Assembly (NCBI GenBank): GCA_963847445.1
Contig: CAWJZV010000003.1
Coordinates: forward strand, 32,001-96,000
From: an uncultured delta proteobacterium
GTDB taxonomy: Bacteria > Desulfobacterota > Binatia > UBA9968
Direction of reading: 5' to 3'
Length of the DNA: 64,000 nucleotides
Shown here: positions 34,327 to 44,983 of the stretch, in pieces
Numbering within the stretch: position 1 is the first letter of the stretch
Layout of the letters: every line of letters starts with the position of its first letter
Notes under the pieces: model-generated
Databases searched by the model: none
Seen by the model: only the letters and a program-made list of their open reading frames with translations
Told to the model about the DNA's origin: nothing
Program-made: the position numbers and the translations under genes

Positions 34327-35713
34327 ATGTTGCAGAAGAAACATAAAATTCACTTCGTCGGCATTGGCGGCATCGGCATGAGCGGCATCGCCGAAGTGTT
34401 GCTCAACTCGGGCTATGCGGTGAGCGGCTCGGACTTGCAGGCCAGCGAGGCGACGCGGCGTCTGAGTTCTCTCGGTGCACAGATTTTTGTCGGCCATCAG
34501 GAAGAAAATATTGCCGGCAAGCCGTCGGTGGTGGTGATCTCGACGGCGGTAAAATATGCCAATCCGGAAGTCTTGGAAGCGCGCCGGCGCCATATCCCGG
34601 TGATTCCGCGCGCCGAAATGCTGGCCGAGCTGATGCGCATGAAGTTCGGCGTCGCCGTGGCCGGCAGCCACGGCAAGACCACTACCACGTCGATGGTTTC
34701 GGCGGTGCTGAGCGCCGCCGGCTTGGACCCGACCATGGTGATCGGCGGCCGGCTGCATATGCTCGGCAGCAACGCCAAGTTGGGCGCGGGCGATATCATG
34801 GTTGCCGAGGCCGACGAAAGCGACGGCAGTTTTCTGTTGCTGGCGCCGACCATCGCGGTGGTGACCAATATCGACAAAGAGCACATGGATTTTCACGGCA
34901 CCATGGAGCGGTTGAGTGAAAACTTTCTCGCCTTCATCAACAAAGTGCCGTTCTACGGGGTCGCGGTGTTGTGCAGCGACGATGCCCATGTGCGCGCTCT
35001 GTTGCCCAAGGTGCGCAAGCGTTTCACGACCTATGGCCTGTCGCCGGAAGCGGAGTTCTCCGCCGAGGATTTGACCATGAGTCCCGCCGGCGTCGACCTT
35101 CACCGCGCTCCATCGCGGCAAGTCACTGGGCAAAGTGCGTCTGCGCTCGCCGGGGAAACATAGCGCGACCAATTCGCTGGCCGCGATTGCGGTGGCCCAT
35201 GAACTGGAAGTGCCGTTCGCCCATGTCGCCCAGGCCTTCGAAGCCTTCAGCGGTATTCATCGCCGTTTTGAAATAATCGGCGAGCCCAACGGCGTGATGG
35301 TGATCGACGATTATGGCCATCACCCGTCAGAGATTCGCGCCACCATCGGCGCCATTCGCGACAGTTGGAAGCGGCCGTTGACGGTAATTTTCCAGCCGCA
35401 CCGCTATACCCGCACACGCGATCTATTCGACGAGTTCTTGACCGCTTTCGAAGGCGCGGACCGGCTGGTGCTGACGGAAATTTATGGCGCCGGCGAAGAT
35501 CCGATCACCGGCGCCACCGGCGAGGCGTTATACCAGGCGCTCAAACGCCAGGGTCATTTAGAGGTCGAGTATGTCGCCGACAAAAGCCAAATCGTCGCGC
35601 ACCTCGCCGGCCGGCTGCAGGCCGGCGATATGGCGCTGACCTTGGGCGCCGGCGATATTTACAAAGTCGGCGAAGCCCTGGTTGAGGCGCTGAAGAGAGA
35701 GGGAATGGAGTAA
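34327..35713 (+). CDS. murC: UDP-MurNAc:L-Ala ligase (frameshift near 35100)
   Basis: [50 protein letters not shown]. Confidence 0.96.
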
Positions 35714-35791
35714 TGGAGTGTTGGAGTACTGGAGTATTGGGGGGATGCGGGGCGGCCCATCACTCCATCACTCCATTACTCCATTACTCCA
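35706..35791. repeat. Hairpin of tandem 8-mers (TGGAGTnn)x4 ... (TnACTCCA)x4
   Basis: tggagtaa tggagtgt tggagtac tggagtat ... tcactcca tcactcca ttactcca ttactcca. Confidence 0.85.
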
Positions 35792-35819
35792 GCACACCGG
35801 TTCGGCTGTGATGTTTGCG

Positions 35820-36758
35820 ATGGCAAAGATAATTAACCATCAGCCGCTGGCGGCCGACCTCGCGGCCCTTGCCGGCGTGCGGCTTAGGCTCGATGAGCCG
35901 CTGGCGCGCTATACCTCGATGAAGATCGGCGGGCCGGCGGATTATTTTATCGAAGCCGACAATGGCGCGGCGCTGGCCGCAGTGCTCATCGCGCTGCGCC
36001 GCCATCGGCTGCCGTTATGTCTCTTGGGCAATGGCAGCAATGTCCTGATCAGCGACCGCGGCGTGCGCGGCGCGGTGATTCATTTAACCGGTGAGTTCAA
36101 AAAGATCGAATGGCGCGAGGTTGGCGACAATATCGAAGTCGAAGTTGGCGCGGCCTACGCCGTCACCCAGCTGGTGCGCCAGGCGGCGCGCAAGGGATAC
36201 GCCGGACTGGAATTCGCCGAGGGGATTCCCGGCAGCGTCGGCGGCGCGCTGGTGATGAACGCGGGAGCCTACGGTTCCGAGATCGAAAAAGTCGTCGAGC
36301 GCGTTGACGCGATCGATCGTGACGGCCAAGCGCTGGTTTTCTCCCGCGAGCAGATGACGTTCAGTTATCGCGATTCGCATCTACCCGCGGGCACGGTGGT
36401 GACGGCCGTAGTGCTACGGTTGCGCCGGGGTGAAGCGGCACAGGTGAATGCCAAATTGCGCGAACTGGTGGGCAAACGGAAAAGCAGCCAGCCGTCGGGA
36501 TTCCCCAACTCAGGGTCGATGTTTCGCAATCCGCCGGGGGATTTCGCCGGCCGATTGATCGAAGCCAGCGGTTTGAAGGGCCAGCGGAACGGCCAGGCGC
36601 AGATCGCCGAGCGCCATGCCAACTTCATCGTCAACCTCGGCGGCGCCAAAGCCACCGAGGTGCGCCAGTTGATGGAGCTGGCCCAGAGCGAGGTGCGCCG
36701 CCGTTTCAATATTAATTTGATCGCTGAAGTGAAGTATCTCGGCGAGTGGTCGGATTAG
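35820..36758 (+). CDS. murB: UDP-N-acetylenolpyruvoylglucosamine reductase
   Basis: KIGGPAD, LGNGSNVL, GIPGSVGGALVMNAGAYG, SGSMFRNP, HANFIVN. Confidence 0.96.
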   Translation: MAKIINHQPLAADLAALAGVRLRLDEPLARYTSMKIGGPADYFIEADNGAALAAVLIALRRHRLPLCLLGNGSNVLISDRGVRGAVIHLTGEFKKIEWREVGDNIEVEVGAAYAVTQLVRQAARKGYAGLEFAEGIPGSVGGALVMNAGAYGSEIEKVVERVDAIDRDGQALVFSREQMTFSYRDSHLPAGTVVTAVVLRLRRGEAAQVNAKLRELVGKRKSSQPSGFPNSGSMFRNPPGDFAGRLIEASGLKGQRNGQAQIAERHANFIVNLGGAKATEVRQLMELAQSEVRRRFNINLIAEVKYLGEWSD

Positions 36759-36768
36759 TCGAAGCTCT

Positions 36769-37586
36769 ATGCAATTGAAAGTTCACCGCAGAGACAATCG
36801 CAAGCGCGATCAGCAGCGTGGCCGGCGCCGCTGGTTGATCGCCGGCATGGTGGCATTGCTGCTGATTGCCGGCAGCGCTGCTCTATCGTCTCAGCGGCCC
36901 GCTGGCCATTGCCGCGCGCTCGACGCGGGATTTTTTCGCCGACAACCGCTATTTCGCCGTGCGCCAGATCGAGGTCCATGGCGGCGACAAAGTCGGCGGC
37001 GACGAGATCGTCGCCATCGCCGGACTGCGCCAAGGGATGAATATCTGGAACGTCGACGCGGTCGCCATCGAGAAGAAAATCGCCAAACACCCTTGGGTGC
37101 GCCGGGTGTTGGTGCGCCGCGATTTCCCGCGCCGGGTGGTTATTGACGTCGAGGAGCGCACGACCGAAAGCGATCGTCGGCGCCGGCAAGCTTTACTACA
37201 TCGACGCCGACGCCGTGGTGTTCAAGGAAGTCGCCTCGGGTGAGAGCATCAAGTATCCCATGCTCACCGGTGTCTGTGCCGAAGGGCTGATGCGCGGCGA
37301 TCCGGCGGCGCGCCAGCGCATCCGCGACGCCATACGCTTGACCGATTTGATGGCGCAGCGCTCGCATACGCTGTCGGAGATTCACTTCGAAGCGCCGGAC
37401 CGGCTGGTGGTGTATCCGACGAAATTTCCGGTGGCGTGGCGCCTGGGTTGGGGCGACTGGGAGGAGAAGCTCGCCCGCTTGGACCGTTTGCTGGAATTAT
37501 GGAAGGGCAACGAGGAGCGGTTGGCGTCTTTGGATATGAGTTTTCGCGATCAAGTGGTGGCGCGTTTGCGCGGTAAAAAGGAGTAG
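36769..37586 (+). CDS. ftsQ: Cell division protein FtsQ (frameshifted)
   Basis: TM, POTRA domain (FAVRQIEVHG...HPWVRRVLVRRDFPRRVVIDVEER), terminal LDMSFRDQVVAR. Confidence 0.88.
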
Positions 37587-37627
37587 AGGCGCCGGCGGGA
37601 TCAACTAGCACTGGCAGATCGAAGGAT

Positions 37628-38856
37628 ATGGCGAAGAAAAATACCATAGTTGTTGGCTTGGATATCGGCACGTCAAAAGTTTGCGCCGTGGTCGGCGAGA
37701 TGACCGAGCGCGGCGTCGACATCATCGGCGTCGGCACCCACGCGTCGGCAGGCCTGCGCAAGGGCGTCGTCATCAACATCGAAAGCACCGTGAGCTCGAT
37801 CAAGCGCGCGGTGCAGGAAGCGGCGTTGATGGCCGGCTGCGAGATTCACACGGTGTTCGCGACCATCTCCGGCGGCCATATCAAATCGTTCAATAGCCAC
37901 GGCATCGTCGCGGTGAAGAACAAAGAGGTCGACCCAGCGCGATCTCGACCGGGTGATCGACGCCGCCAAGGCGGTGGCGATCCCGCTGGACCGCGAAGTG
38001 CTGCATGTCTTGCCCCAGGACTACATCATCGACGAGCAGGACGGCATTAAAGAACCGTTGGGCATGTCCGGCGTCCGCTTGGAAGCTAAAGTCCATGTGG
38101 TGACCGGCGCGGTGACCTCGGTGCAGAACATCGTCAAGTGCTGCAATCGCAGCGGCCTCAATGTCGCCGAGATCGTGCTCACGCCGCTGGCCGCCGCCGA
38201 AGCGGTGCTCACCGACGAAGAGCGCGAGTTGGGCGTGGTTCTCGTCGATATGGGCGGCGGCACCACCGATATCACGGTATTTCATGACGGCACGGTGAAG
38301 CATACGGCGGTGCTCAGCATCGGCGGCAATCATGTGACCAACGATATCGCCGCCGGTTTGCGCACGCCGTTTGGCGACGCCGAGCGCATCAAGCAACGTT
38401 ATGGCTTCGCCAAAGCGGCGATGGCGATGGATCAGGAACGGGTCGAGGTGCCGAGCATCGCCGGCAAAGAGGCGGGAACGGTGTCGCGGCAAATTCTCTG
38501 TGAAATCATCGAGCCGCGCTTGGACGAGATCTTCGAATTGGTCCAGAAAGAAATCGCCAAGTCCGGCTTTCGACGGCTCCTTGGCCTCGGGCATCGTCGC
38601 CACCGGCGGTGCCATGCTACTGCCCGGCGCCGTCGAGATGGCCGTGCGCTCCTTCGGTTTGCCGGTGCGCTTGGGTGTGCCGATGCAGGTCGGCGGTTTG
38701 GTCGATGTCGTCGATAATCCGATTCACGCCGCCGCTGTCGGGCTGGTGCTCCATGGCATGAAGGGCCAGGAGCGCGGCGTGGCGCGGCCGCGGGACGACA
38801 AGATGCTCGCCAAGGTGAAGCACCGCATGTCGGATTGGCTCAGTGAGTTTTTTTAA
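37628..38856 (+). CDS. ftsA: Cell division protein FtsA (frameshifted)
   Basis: [38 protein letters not shown]-terminal amphipathic WLSEFF. Confidence 0.96.
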
Positions 38857-38897
38857 ACGGGGATAAAATTTTCAAGTTTAGTGGAGGAGGACAGAAC

Positions 38898-40134
38898 ATG
38901 TTTGAAATAGTCGAAAAGCAAAATAGCCTGACCGCGCGCATCAAGGTTATCGGTATCGGTGGCGGCGGCGGCAACGCGGTCAACACCATGATCGGCGCCA
39001 AACTCACCGGCGTCGATTTCATGGTCGCGAATACCGACGCGCAGTCCTTGGAAGCGAGCCAAGCGCCGATGCGGATCCAACTGGGCGGCTTGGTGACCAA
39101 GGGGTTAGGCGCGGGCGCCAATCCCGGAGATCGGCCGGCGCGCGGCGTTGGAGGATCAAGAACAGATCAGGGAGTATATGGAAGGCTCCGACATGATTTT
39201 TATTACCGCCGGCATGGGCGGCGGCACCGGCACCGGCGGCGCGCCGGTGTTGGCGCGGATCGCCCGTGAAGTCGGCGCGCTGACCGTCGGCGTGGTGACC
39301 AAGCCTTTCATCTTCGAGGGCAAAAAACGCCAGCGCCAGGCGGAAGAGGGCATCGAAGAGTTGAAACAAAGCGTCGACACCTTGATCGTGATTCCGAACC
39401 AGCGCTTGCTCAGCATCGCGGCCAAGACCACGACCATGATCGAGGCGTTTCACAAGGCCGACGATGTCTTGCTCCAAGCGGTGCGCGGCATCTCGGATTT
39501 GATCATTACCCCGGGCTTGATCAATCTTGACTTCGCCGATGTGCGCACGGTGATGGCGGAGATGGGCTTAGCGCTCATGGGCGCGGCGTCGGCGAGCGGT
39601 GAGAACCGCGCCATCGAAGCGGCGCAAAAGGCGATCTCCAGCCCGTTGCTCGAAGATATCTCGATCCAGGGCGCGCGCGGCGTGTTGATCAACATCACCG
39701 GCGGACCCAATCTCTGCCTGCACGAAGTCAACGAAGCGGCATCGATGATTCAAGAAGAAGCCCATGACGATGCCAATATTATTTTCGGCGCGGTGATCGA
39801 TGAAACCATGGCCGACGAGATTCGCATCACCGTGATCGCCACCGGTTTCGGCGAAGAAAAAGACGGTCATGAAAACGGCGCCGGTGCAAGTCCAGGCGCC
39901 CGCGGCGGCCAGTGTCGCCAACATCGCCAGCGTCGGCGCCGAAAAACAAGAAGGTGGTTCACCTTGGTACCATCGTCGACGATCTCGACGCGCCGACCTG
40001 GCAACGCAAGAAGTCGGGCAGCGAAGATGTCGAGACCGTGACGCTCAACAAGAACAATTTTCCAGTCGAGCGCCAACCAGGAAGACGACGATAAGTACGA
40101 TATCCCGACGTTCCTAAGACGGCAGATGGATTAG
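38898..40134 (+). CDS. ftsZ: Cell division protein FtsZ (frameshifted)
   Basis: [29 protein letters not shown], tail [12 protein letters not shown]-stop 40134. Confidence 0.97.
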
Positions 40135-40166
40135 CCCTCTGTTAACATCGATCCTCCTCCGGTGTG

Positions 40167-40200
40167 CCGGCCGTCCGCAGTCCCCGCTGCGGACGGCCGG
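40167..40200. terminator. Perfect 14-bp GC hairpin after ftsZ
   Basis: ccggccgtccgcag-tccccg-ctgcggacggccgg between convergent genes; no U-tract. Confidence 0.55.
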
Positions 40201-40358
40201 CTAGGGATATCATGCCGAAAAGCCGGTGCGGAGGATTGTCACGAAGCTTGCCGCGGTGTAATGGCTGGCCAGCGTGCTGAAATCCGCATCTGGGTCGAAC
40301 GGTTCGCGCGGCGCGGCATAGCGCGAATAGGGGAAAAGCCTGAGTCTCGCCTATCGGG

Positions 40359-40704
40359 CTATTTCAGGTAGCGCACACGGGTGCCATGGGTTACCGACAG
40401 GATGATTTCTTGCGCTCCGAGGTCCTTGGGAAAGAGCACGCCGGAAATCCGCGCGCTGTTGAAGCTGGCCCCTTCGATTAACGCTTGGGAGAGATCGACG
40501 CCGCGCAAATCGCTGTTGTGAAAATAACAGTTGCGGAAGTCGACGCTTTGGGCGTCGATGCCGCGCAGATCGAGGTGACGGAAGTCACAGTCGTTGAGCT
40601 TGACTCGATCCGCTCTGGGCTTTGCGCTGGTTAAACTCCTTGACTTTGCCCTCGCGGAGTAATTGGTAAAGATCGTCCGGGTGGGTCAATGGTTTTAGCG
40701 CCAT
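40359..40704 (-). CDS. Small pentapeptide-repeat protein (one frameshift; missing from ORF track)
   Basis: RBS GAAGGA; MALKPLTHPDDLYQLLREGKVKEFN...DCDFRHLDLRGIDAQSVDFRNCYFHNSDLRGVDLSQALIEGASFNSARISGVLFP...GTRVRYLK. Confidence 0.8.
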
Positions 40705-40764
40705 AAAAATTCCTTCCCTGAAGGATGGTAGCGGTAAATCCCACTACACAGGGTACGATCGGCA

Positions 40765-41853
40765 CTATTTAGACGATCTTAAACGCTGTTCCTGACGAAA
40801 CCGTTCCAGCGCTAGACGAATCAGCCGGTCGATCAGCTTCGAGTAGGAAATCCCGCTCGCCTCCCACATTTTCGGATACATGCTGATCTTGGTGAAACCG
40901 GGGATGGTGTTGATCTCGTTGACCAGCACGCGGCCGTTGGCTTGCACGAAAAAATCAACTCTCGCCATGCCCTGGCAGCACAGCGCTTTGTACGCTCGGA
41001 TCGCGGTTTGACGGATTTCCTTTATCACCTTGGCCGGCAGTTTGGCGGGAATTTCCAGGCGCGAGCCGTGAGCGTCGAGATACTTGGCATCGTAGGAATA
41101 GAAATCGCGATTGACAACGATTTCACCCGGTAGCGATGCGATCGGGTTGTCATTGCCGAGCACCGAACACTCGATCTCGCGGCCGGCGATGAACTCTTCG
41201 ATGACGATTTTGTTGTCGTAACGGAACGCCTCTTTGACCGCGGCGCTGAACTGGCTTGGCTTGGCTACCTTGCTGATGCCCACCGATGAGCCGAGATTGG
41301 CGGGCTTGACGAACAGCGGCATGCCGAGGGTGCGCTTGACCTCGGCGAAACTGATCTTGTCGGCGCGCTCGAACGCCATGAACTTGCCGATGGCGATGCC
41401 GGCGTCGCGCAACAACCGCTTCATCACATCTTTGTCCATGCCGACCGCGGAGCCCAACACACCGGCGCCGACAAACGGCAAGTTGGCGAGCTTCAACAAG
41501 CCTTGAACCGTGCCATCCTCGCCAAACGGGCCATGCAGGATCGGAAAGACCACGTCGATACCGGCAAGTCCCCCTGCGCCGCCACGGCGTATCATCGGTG
41601 TCGCGGTCTTGCCCGGCATGATGGCCGCGGCATTCCTGGGGTCGCGAAATTCGACTGTCGCCTGTTCGCCGCCAAGGATCAGCCTGGCGCCCTCGTCGAG
41701 GTGCCAGCGACCTTGTTTGTCGATGCCGATGGCGACGATCTGGTATTTGTTTTTGTCCATCGCCGCGGCGATGTTGCGGGCGGAGATCAGCGAGATTTCA
41801 TGTTCGGCGGATTTACCGCCGAAGAGCAGCGCGACGCGGAGTTTTTTCTTCAT
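40765..41853 (-). CDS. ddl: D-alanine-D-alanine ligase (DdlA-like)
   Basis: GGKSAEHEISL, LHGPFGEDG, KPANLGSSVG, FYSYDAKY, NEINTIPGFT. Confidence 0.96.
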   Translation of the reverse strand: MKKKLRVALLFGGKSAEHEISLISARNIAAAMDKNKYQIVAIGIDKQGRWHLDEGARLILGGEQATVEFRDPRNAAAIMPGKTATPMIRRGGAGGLAGIDVVFPILHGPFGEDGTVQGLLKLANLPFVGAGVLGSAVGMDKDVMKRLLRDAGIAIGKFMAFERADKISFAEVKRTLGMPLFVKPANLGSSVGISKVAKPSQFSAAVKEAFRYDNKIVIEEFIAGREIECSVLGNDNPIASLPGEIVVNRDFYSYDAKYLDAHGSRLEIPAKLPAKVIKEIRQTAIRAYKALCCQGMARVDFFVQANGRVLVNEINTIPGFTKISMYPKMWEASGISYSKLIDRLIRLALERFRQEQRLRSSK

Positions 41854-41874
41854 TCAACTATTTTACGCGAAGTC

Positions 41875-41980
41875 GGGTCGAGGATCGAGAAATAAAGACT
41901 AAGGGTCGAAGATGGAGGGTAGAAAGTCGAGGATGGAGGGGAGAGGATCTATCTTCGATCCTCCATCCTCGATCCTCGAC
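41875..41980. repeat. Hairpin of degenerate tandem 7-mers (GAGGAT(C/G)) ... ((C/G)ATCCTC)
   Basis: tcgaggatcgag, tcgaagatggag, tcgaggatggagg ... cgatcctccatcctcgatcctcga. Confidence 0.75.
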
Positions 41981-41993
41981 GTCTTGAACCAGT

Positions 41994-43178
41994 TTACGAT
42001 TTCTTCGCGGGCGCTGCGGGAGCTTGCTGCTCGATAACTTTTACGACCTTGCCAGGATAGGACTGCTTGTCGAATTGCAGGACGAAATACTTGGCTTTAA
42101 CCGGATCGCCCTTGCTGTCGAATTCAATCGGACCGGTGACGCCTTTGAAACCTTTAATATTGCGCACGGCGGTGGATACCTCGGCGCGGCTGGGTTTCTT
42201 ATTCGGGTTAGCTTTGAGCCATTGCTCCATCGCTTTGATCCCCACCTGCGTGGCGTCGTAACCGTATAAGCCAAACGCTTCGACATCTTTGTTGAAGCGC
42301 TGTTTATACTTTTTCGCGAAGGCAGCGGTTTCAGGATACGCATCCGGCGGACCGGCGACGCTGGTGTAGTAACTGCCGACCACCGAGCTGCCGGCGATCT
42401 TGGCCATTTCGGCCGAATCCAAACCGTCGGGTCCCATGAATTTGGCGTTGACGCCCTTTTCGCGCAATTGCTTTAGCAGCAGCCCGCCTTGATGATAGAT
42501 GCCGCCGAAATAGACCAGCGCGGGATTCTTGGCTTTGAGCGGGTTGATCATCGGCGAGAAGTTGGCGCGCTCTTCGGTGCCTTCGAAGCCGAGTACATTG
42601 ATGCCGAGCTTTTTCGCCTCGTTGCGGAAATTATCCGCCACGCCCTGGCCGTAAAGCGTCTTGTCGTGAATGATGTAGACCGATTTCGCTTTCAGCTCTT
42701 GCGCGGCGAAGCGCGCGCCGACCGGGCCTTGGACATCGTCGCGGCCGCAGACGCGATTCACATTCGGATAACCGCGGTCGGTGATCTCGGTGGCGGTATT
42801 GGCCGGTGAGATCATCGCCAGCATGGCGTCTTTGTAAACTTCGGACGCCGGCAGCGCGACGCCGGAGTTAAAATGTCCAACAATCACCAAGACTTCAGGG
42901 TCGGCGACCATGTTGCGCGCGTTGGCGACGCCGACTTCCGGTTTCGCTTGGTCGTCCTGGGGCACCAGCACGAGATCGTAGCCCAGCGCTTTGAACGCCT
43001 TGACCGATTCCTCGACGGCGAGCTGCGCGCCGAGTTTGATATGCTCGCCGAGCGCGGCCTGCTCGCCCGAGAGCGGCGCCTGCACGGCGATCTTGATTTT
43101 ACCTTTTTGTGCCCACGAAGTTGCCGGCAACGCGGCAAGCAGCGCGAGCATGAAAACTAAGAACGATCTTTTCGCCAC
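41994..43178 (-). CDS. livK: BCAA ABC transporter substrate-binding protein
   Basis: RBS AAGGAG, GTG start, signal peptide, VGHFNSG, RVCGRDDVQG, HDKTLYGQG. Confidence 0.9.
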   Translation of the reverse strand: MAKRSFLVFMLALLAALPATSWAQKGKIKIAVQAPLSGEQAALGEHIKLGAQLAVEESVKAFKALGYDLVLVPQDDQAKPEVGVANARNMVADPEVLVIVGHFNSGVALPASEVYKDAMLAMISPANTATEITDRGYPNVNRVCGRDDVQGPVGARFAAQELKAKSVYIIHDKTLYGQGVADNFRNEAKKLGINVLGFEGTEERANFSPMINPLKAKNPALVYFGGIYHQGGLLLKQLREKGVNAKFMGPDGLDSAEMAKIAGSSVVGSYYTSVAGPPDAYPETAAFAKKYKQRFNKDVEAFGLYGYDATQVGIKAMEQWLKANPNKKPSRAEVSTAVRNIKGFKGVTGPIEFDSKGDPVKAKYFVLQFDKQSYPGKVVKVIEQQAPAAPAKKS

Positions 43179-43493
43179 GGCAGATAGTCTCCTTACAGTT
43201 GGAATGGTCGGACGATAACAAATAGTGGCTGCGGGCGCCACCAAATTGCTACTTGGCGCTCGGGCGCCGCTGGGATGCCAAAGCGCGTTGGCACGATGTC
43301 AAAGCGGCGTCGGTCGCGCAGCGCCAAGCCGGAGATCGTTTTGTCGGGACAAGACGGCGCAGTTCGTCGCGGCAATCGGTTATTTGCCGCAGGACGCGAT
43401 GCGGTTCTGGATATTAATTGTCGATGTTTGGCGCGCCTCTGAGCGGCACCTTGCAAGCCTCGCCGAGCTGGGGTCGAGGAAAAAGATCGGTAA

Positions 43494-44537
43494 TCAGATC
43501 GGCGCCTCTTGGGTTACCACGCTTAGATTTATTTTCCGCGATTGGCGTAGCAGCGCGACATTGCACCGCAACCCGATGCGCGCGTCGGTGAGTAAACGAT
43601 GCAGATCGTCGATGCCACGCACCGGGTGGTCGTCGAGGGCGACGATAATGTCGCCGACTCGGAGCTCGCCACGCTCTGCGGGGCCGCTCGGCTCCACCGA
43701 GATCAACAGCACACCGGTTTGATGTTGGAGCTGCTGCGCCCGAGCGACGGCGCGTGGGATATCCACGTTCTGGCCGCCAACGCCGAGATAAGCGCGGCGA
43801 ATTCGGCCATTCTGAATCAACTGTCCGACGACGAACTTCGCCGTGTTGATCGCTACCGCGAAACAGATTCCCTGCGCCGGCAGAATGACGGCGGTGTTTA
43901 CGCCGATGACTTCACCTCGTGAATTGACCAGCGGTCCGCCAGAGTTGCCGGGATTGAGCGCGGCGTCGGTTTGGATGACATTGTCGATCAAGCGTCCCGA
44001 TACCGAGCGCAGCGAACGACCGAGGGCGCTGACGACGCCGGCCGTGACACTACACTGAAAGCCGTAGGGGTTACCGATGGCAATCGCCATTTGACCGACC
44101 CGAGTTTTTTCCGAATCGCCCAGTGGGACGGCGCTAAGATTTTGCGCCGATATGCGGATGACGGCAAGATCGCTGCTCGGATCGTCGCCGACGATGGTGG
44201 CGCTAAGATGCCGACCGTCGTTCAAGGCAACGTCAAGTTTGCCGGCGCCGTGGACGACATGGCTATTGGTCAAGATCAGCCCGTCCGGCGTGAAGATAAA
44301 ACCCGAGCCGCTGCCGCGCATTGCGCGTGGCTCTTTGCTTGGCCGGTGTCTCGATGAATGGTGCTCCTTGGTGACTTCGATGAACGTAACCGCGGGGCTG
44401 ATACTTTCGGCGGCTGCGACGACGGCTTGAGAATAGGCGTCGAGGAGTTCGCCGTCGCGGCTGGCGATGTCGCGCGCACCGGCGCCAACCGTGCCGTTGG
44501 CTTGATTCTCGACGAGCTTGAGCGCGGGTTGTAACAT
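43494..44537 (-). CDS. HtrA/DegQ-like trypsin serine protease with one PDZ domain, no signal peptide
   Basis: GSGSGF, LTNSHVV, DLAVI, QTDAALNPGNSGGPL, GDIIVALDD. Confidence 0.92.
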   Translation of the reverse strand: MLQPALKLVENQANGTVGAGARDIASRDGELLDAYSQAVVAAAESISPAVTFIEVTKEHHSSRHRPSKEPRAMRGSGSGFIFTPDGLILTNSHVVHGAGKLDVALNDGRHLSATIVGDDPSSDLAVIRISAQNLSAVPLGDSEKTRVGQMAIAIGNPYGFQCSVTAGVVSALGRSLRSVSGRLIDNVIQTDAALNPGNSGGPLVNSRGEVIGVNTAVILPAQGICFAVAINTAKFVVGQLIQNGRIRRAYLGVGGQNVDIPRAVARAQQLQHQTGVLLISVEPSGPAERGELRVGDIIVALDDHPVRGIDDLHRLLTDARIGLRCNVALLRQSRKINLSVVTQEAPI

Positions 44538-44644
44538 GGCGGTTCCTTTCTCACCTCTGGTGCGAAGCTAATCACGAGCGCAATGCTTGTTAAGTACGCA
44601 CCCGCCGGTGCTATAGTACCCAAAGAGTAACCGAGGAGCTGGCG

Positions 44645-44983
44645 ATGAAAGCGAACGCGACAAAATGTCCGGCGGAGTTTACCCTGGCGATGATCGGCGG
44701 GCGATGGAAGATCCCCATCGTTTTTCATTTGTTAGCCGGGCGCAAGCGGTTTTCGGATCTAGCGCGCGCCTTGACCGGGGTGTCGCAAAAAATGCTCACC
44801 CAGCAGCTGCGCGAAATGGCACGCGACGGTCTGGTGACGCGGCAAGTTTATCCGCAGGTGCCGCCCAAGGTGGAGTATTCCCTCACCGATTTGGGTGCGA
44901 GCCTGCGGCCGGTGGTCGAAGCGATGTGCCGCTGGGGTGAAGCCCATGGGGTACGGCACGAGGTTCGGGAAGCCAGCCTATGA
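44645..44983 (+). CDS. HxlR-family winged-helix regulator
   Basis: CPAEFTLAMIGGRWK, SQKMLTQQLRE, PQVPPKVEYSLT. Confidence 0.92.
   Translation: MKANATKCPAEFTLAMIGGRWKIPIVFHLLAGRKRFSDLARALTGVSQKMLTQQLREMARDGLVTRQVYPQVPPKVEYSLTDLGASLRPVVEAMCRWGEAHGVRHEVREASL

Noticed and set aside
33838-35172. Long antisense or alternate-frame ORFs (e.g. 33838-35172, 798-1727, 32164-33243)
   Set aside because: They overlap well-supported genes and are expected by-products of high-GC codon bias.
35706-35791. Short repeats as a CRISPR array (also 41875, 51266, 53371)
   Set aside because: Units are 7-8 bp, tandem and then inverted, with no unique 30-40 bp spacers and no cas genes.
35718-35819. N-terminal extensions of MurB (MLEYWSIGG...SITPLLQH) and PanC (51294-51371)
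   Set aside because: They are translations of the octamer hairpin repeats; conserved sequence begins at downstream ATGs.
24413-40134. Apparent mass pseudogenisation or programmed frameshifting of dcw genes (ftsL, ftsI, murE, murF, murD, murG, murC, ftsQ, ftsA, ftsZ)
   Set aside because: Single-base indels occur throughout the window, including essential genes with intact catalytic motifs and no consistent slippery sites; this is typical of uncorrected long-read sequence.
40765-41853. Displaced ligase as a VanA-like D-Ala-D-Lac resistance enzyme
   Set aside because: The omega loop FYSYDAKY is the D-Ala-D-Ala type, and no vanH/vanX/vanRS genes are nearby.
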